64,000 nt of DNA from Deltaproteobacteria bacterium (GTDB taxonomy: Bacteria > Desulfobacterota > Desulfuromonadia > Geobacterales > Pseudopelobacteraceae). This document shows positions 61,480-64,000 of the stretch, piece by piece; position 1 is the first letter of the stretch, and every line of letters begins with the position of its first letter. A program made the position numbers and the translations under genes. Under the pieces are notes generated by a model. That model saw nothing but the letters and a program-made list of their open reading frames with translations. It had not been told where the DNA came from and searched no databases. Where the stretch lies: assembly GCA_021779135.1 (NCBI GenBank), contig JAJYBH010000002.1:15423-79422 (forward strand), written 5' to 3'.

Positions 61480-63444
61480 CTAGCGCAACACGGCCTCGGC
61501 CATGACCTCGGCCACATCGCGGACCCTGACCCCCTCCGCGTTCACATCCTTGAGCCCATCCTCGAACATGGTCAGGCAGTAGGGGCAGGCCACGCAGATG
61601 GTGTCCGGCTTCTCCTGAAGGGCCTCGTTGACGCGGGTCAGGTTGATGCGCTCGCCGGTATGCTCCTCCATCCACATCCGGCCGCCTCCGGCGCCGCAGC
61701 AGAAGGCGTTGTTGCGGGTGCGTCCCATCTCGGCCGGTGCCGCTCCGGTAGCCATTTCGATCACCTGGCGCGGGGCGTCGTAGACGTCGTTGTGCCGCCC
61801 CAGATAGCACGAATCGTGGAAGACGGTGGCCCCCAGCGCGCCCGTCGTCGTGTCGAGCTTCAGCCGGCCGGCCCGCACCAGGTCGCGCAGCAGCTCGCTG
61901 TGGTGGATAACCTCCAGCTCGATGCCGTACTGGCGGTAATCATTTTTGAGGGTCGAGAAGCAGTGCGGGCACTGGGTGATGACCTTCTTGACGCCTCTCT
62001 CGGTAAAGAGGGCCACATTCTCCCTGGCCATCCGGTCGAAGACATATTCGTTGCCCAGCCGCCGCAGGCTGTCGCCGCAGCACTTCTCCTCCTTGCCGAG
62101 GATGCCCCACGACACGCCGGCCTTGTCCAGCAGCTGGGCCAGGGCCAGGCTGACATGCTTGCTGCGCGAATCGAAGGAGCCGGCGCAACCGACGTAGAAC
62201 AGGTACTCGGTCTGATCCCGCTCGAAGGGCTTCACCTCCAGCTGGCTGCACCACTTGGTGCGTTCCGAGGGGGCGATCCCCCAGGGGTTGCTGCGCCCCT
62301 CCATGTTCTCGAACAGGTTCAAGAGCTCCTCGGGGAAGTTGGCATCCGTCTCCACCAGGTGCCGGCGCAGCATGACGATCTTGGGCATCTGCTCGATAAA
62401 GACCGGGCAGGCCTCCATGCAGGCCCCGCAGGTGGTGCAGCCCCAGATCGACTCCTCGGAGACGCTCCCTTCGCCCTGAGCGCCGATCAGCGGGACCTCC
62501 GGCTGCTGGCCCTGTTTCAGGCGGCTGCCGTTTGCCAGCAGGTTGACCTTGATGTCGTGGACCACGGCGCGCGGATTGAGCGGCTTGCCGGTGATGCTGG
62601 CCGGGCAGACCTGCTGGCAGCGGCCGCACTCGGTGCAGGAAAAAGAGTCCAGCAGGTCTTTCCAGCTGTAGCGGTCAACCTGCGCGACACCAAAGGTATT
62701 GCCTGCCTTGAATTCCTCGCGCGGGACGGTATTCGGTCTTTCCAGCCGCTGGAAGAAACAGTTGGGGATGGCGGTCAGGATGTGCATGTGCTTGCTGTAG
62801 GGCAGGTAATTCATGAACGACAGGAGCGCCACTGCATGCAGCCACCAGCAGATCGCATAGACCGGCTGGGCCTGGGAGGGGGGGACAAACTGCGCCAGCC
62901 ATCCCGATACCGGCAGCCACCCCACGGCCCCCGCCATCTCCCCGCCGGCCATGCGGGAGGCGTTGATCCCGAAGAAGGCCAGCATCAGGAGGGCGATCAG
63001 CGAGAGGATGAAGAAGGCCTCGGTGGTGCGCGCCTCGGGAAAGGGGGGTGAGATGGTCCGGCGGACAGCGGCGATGATGACCGCCACCAATGCCAGCAGC
63101 GAGACGATATCCAGCACCAGCAGCAGCGGATGATAGATCCCCTCGGGGAGCCTTTCCAGGCTGATCGAAGGGAATACGCCGTGCAGCATGAATTCCCCGT
63201 TGGCGATCAGCAGCACCAGGAACGACCAGAAGATCACCGAATGGTTGATGCCGAACGGTTTCGCCAGCACCCGCTTCTGGCCGAAGGCGTACAGCAGCAT
63301 CTCGCCGATACGGGTGGGGATCCTGTCGAAGCGGTCTTCGGGCCGCCCCAGGGCGATCAGCCCGAGTCTCTTCCAGCACCCCCAGGCGAATACGGCCAGA
63401 GAGGCGATCAGGAGCGGGGTAAACATAAGCGGGTTGGGTGTCAT
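61480..63444 (-). CDS. Membrane-bound (Fe-S) oxidoreductase: N-terminal polytopic domain, 2x[4Fe-4S] and HdrD-like CCG domains
   Basis: 654 aa, about 6 TM helices. It has CTECGRCQQVC and CTTCGACMEAC, and two CCG-type Cys motifs (GCAGSFD.., FCCGAGGG). It lies directly downstream of etfA. Confidence 0.8.
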   Translation of the reverse strand: MTPNPLMFTPLLIASLAVFAWGCWKRLGLIALGRPEDRFDRIPTRIGEMLLYAFGQKRVLAKPFGINHSVIFWSFLVLLIANGEFMLHGVFPSISLERLPEGIYHPLLLVLDIVSLLALVAVIIAAVRRTISPPFPEARTTEAFFILSLIALLMLAFFGINASRMAGGEMAGAVGWLPVSGWLAQFVPPSQAQPVYAICWWLHAVALLSFMNYLPYSKHMHILTAIPNCFFQRLERPNTVPREEFKAGNTFGVAQVDRYSWKDLLDSFSCTECGRCQQVCPASITGKPLNPRAVVHDIKVNLLANGSRLKQGQQPEVPLIGAQGEGSVSEESIWGCTTCGACMEACPVFIEQMPKIVMLRRHLVETDANFPEELLNLFENMEGRSNPWGIAPSERTKWCSQLEVKPFERDQTEYLFYVGCAGSFDSRSKHVSLALAQLLDKAGVSWGILGKEEKCCGDSLRRLGNEYVFDRMARENVALFTERGVKKVITQCPHCFSTLKNDYRQYGIELEVIHHSELLRDLVRAGRLKLDTTTGALGATVFHDSCYLGRHNDVYDAPRQVIEMATGAAPAEMGRTRNNAFCCGAGGGRMWMEEHTGERINLTRVNEALQEKPDTICVACPYCLTMFEDGLKDVNAEGVRVRDVAEVMAEAVLR

Positions 63445-63460
63445 TTCAAAACCTCAATTA

Positions 63461-63606
63461 GCCACAGAGGACACAGAGTTCACAGAGTAAGTTTGAAGTA
63501 TAAAAAAACAAACGACGTAAAAATGTACGGAAGCACCTGTTTTTGTACGTTCATCCCTTTCGATCTTTTGTAGGCTTTTCTCTGTGTACTCTGTGCCCTC
63601 TGTGGC
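63461..63606. repeat. Family 3 CCACAGAG-type inverted-repeat element, copy 2
   Basis: GCCACAGAGGACACAGAGTTCACAGAG ... CTCTGTGTACTCTGTGCCCTCTGTGGC. It shares interior blocks AAAAACAAACGA and TTGAAGTATA with copy 1. Confidence 0.7.
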
Positions 63607-63621
63607 AGATGATTTATTGTT

Positions 63622-64000
63622 TTATTGTTTCTGCTGTTTAAGTTCCCGGATGCGCCGGGTGATGGCCGGTACCACCTGGAACAGGTCGCCGACGATGCCG
63701 TAGGTGGCCACCTCGAAGATCGGGGCGTTCTTGTCGCGGTTGATGGCGATGACCATGTCCGAGTCCTGCATCCCCACCAGGTGCTGGATGGCGCCGGAGA
63801 TGCCGCAGGCGATGTAGATCTTGGGGCGGACCGTCTTGCCGGTCTGGCCGACCTGGCGGTCGCCCGGCATCCAGCCCGCATCCACGGCGCTCCTAGAGGC
63901 GCCCACCACCCCTCCCAGCTCATCGGCCAGCTCCTGCAGCATGGCGAAGTTGTCCGGTCCCATCATGCCGCGGCCGCCGGAGATGATGAAGTCGGCGCCG
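63622..64000 (-). CDS. etfA: Electron transfer flavoprotein alpha subunit, C-terminal part (gene continues past the right edge)
   Basis: The frame stays open to position 64000 (...[18 protein letters not shown]...). It has the FAD-binding C-terminal motif [17 protein letters not shown]. Confidence 0.8.
   Translation of the reverse strand, partial: GADFIISGGRGMMGPDNFAMLQELADELGGVVGASRSAVDAGWMPGDRQVGQTGKTVRPKIYIACGISGAIQHLVGMQDSDMVIAINRDKNAPIFEVATYGIVGDLFQVVPAITRRIRELKQQKQ

Overview
This 64-kb chromosomal segment reads like a Geobacter/Desulfuromonadales-type deltaproteobacterium. That is my inference from a fused nifEN, sigma54-type nif promoters next to an ANTAR response regulator, a GEMM-I riboswitch, a T-box on leuA and several families of GC-rich palindromic intergenic repeats.

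The left part (1-26.3 kb) is mostly housekeeping: T2SS genes gspF/E/D/C, a secreted nuclease, a U32 peptidase, T-box-controlled leuA, skp, a transglutaminase-like protein, a PilZ protein, ttcA, SAM-I-controlled metX, cbiL/cbiET, typA, a PBP+GGDEF pair and proA.

The right part (26.4-61.4 kb) is a dispersed nitrogen-fixation regulon: draT, a second NifX-like gene, fdxB-like, nifX, nifEN, nifHDK, nifV, nifB, draG and an ANTAR regulator. Three blocks interrupt it:
- a K+ homeostasis block (KimA-like permease plus kdpABC-kdpDE);
- an MFS transporter;
- a HK / RR / RR-PP2C module.

The window ends with a membrane FeS oxidoreductase and the 3' part of etfA. I saw no rRNA, tRNA, CRISPR array, transposase or integrase.

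The signals I rate highest:
1. A recurrent 5'-leader stem-loop motif in four mRNA leaders (leuA, nifB, nifV and an orphan 96-aa gene). It shows covariation-like helix changes and I cannot assign it to a known RNA family.
2. Three sigma54-driven nif leaders that carry an intrinsic terminator whose 5' arm contains a conserved 12-mer, GGCAAMGGCGCC. This is a hexaloop hairpin of the kind ANTAR proteins bind.
3. An identical triple TCTTGA direct-repeat module (21/11-bp spacing) in front of both the kdp operon and the KimA-like permease.
4. A palindromic repeat unit translated in frame exactly at the NifE-NifN fusion junction.
5. A macro-domain-like ORF and small Cys/Gly-tailed proteins embedded in a locus that also has draT and draG.

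Everything was done by eye. RNA and repeat coordinates are good to about +/-5-10 nt, and no database search or statistic was run.
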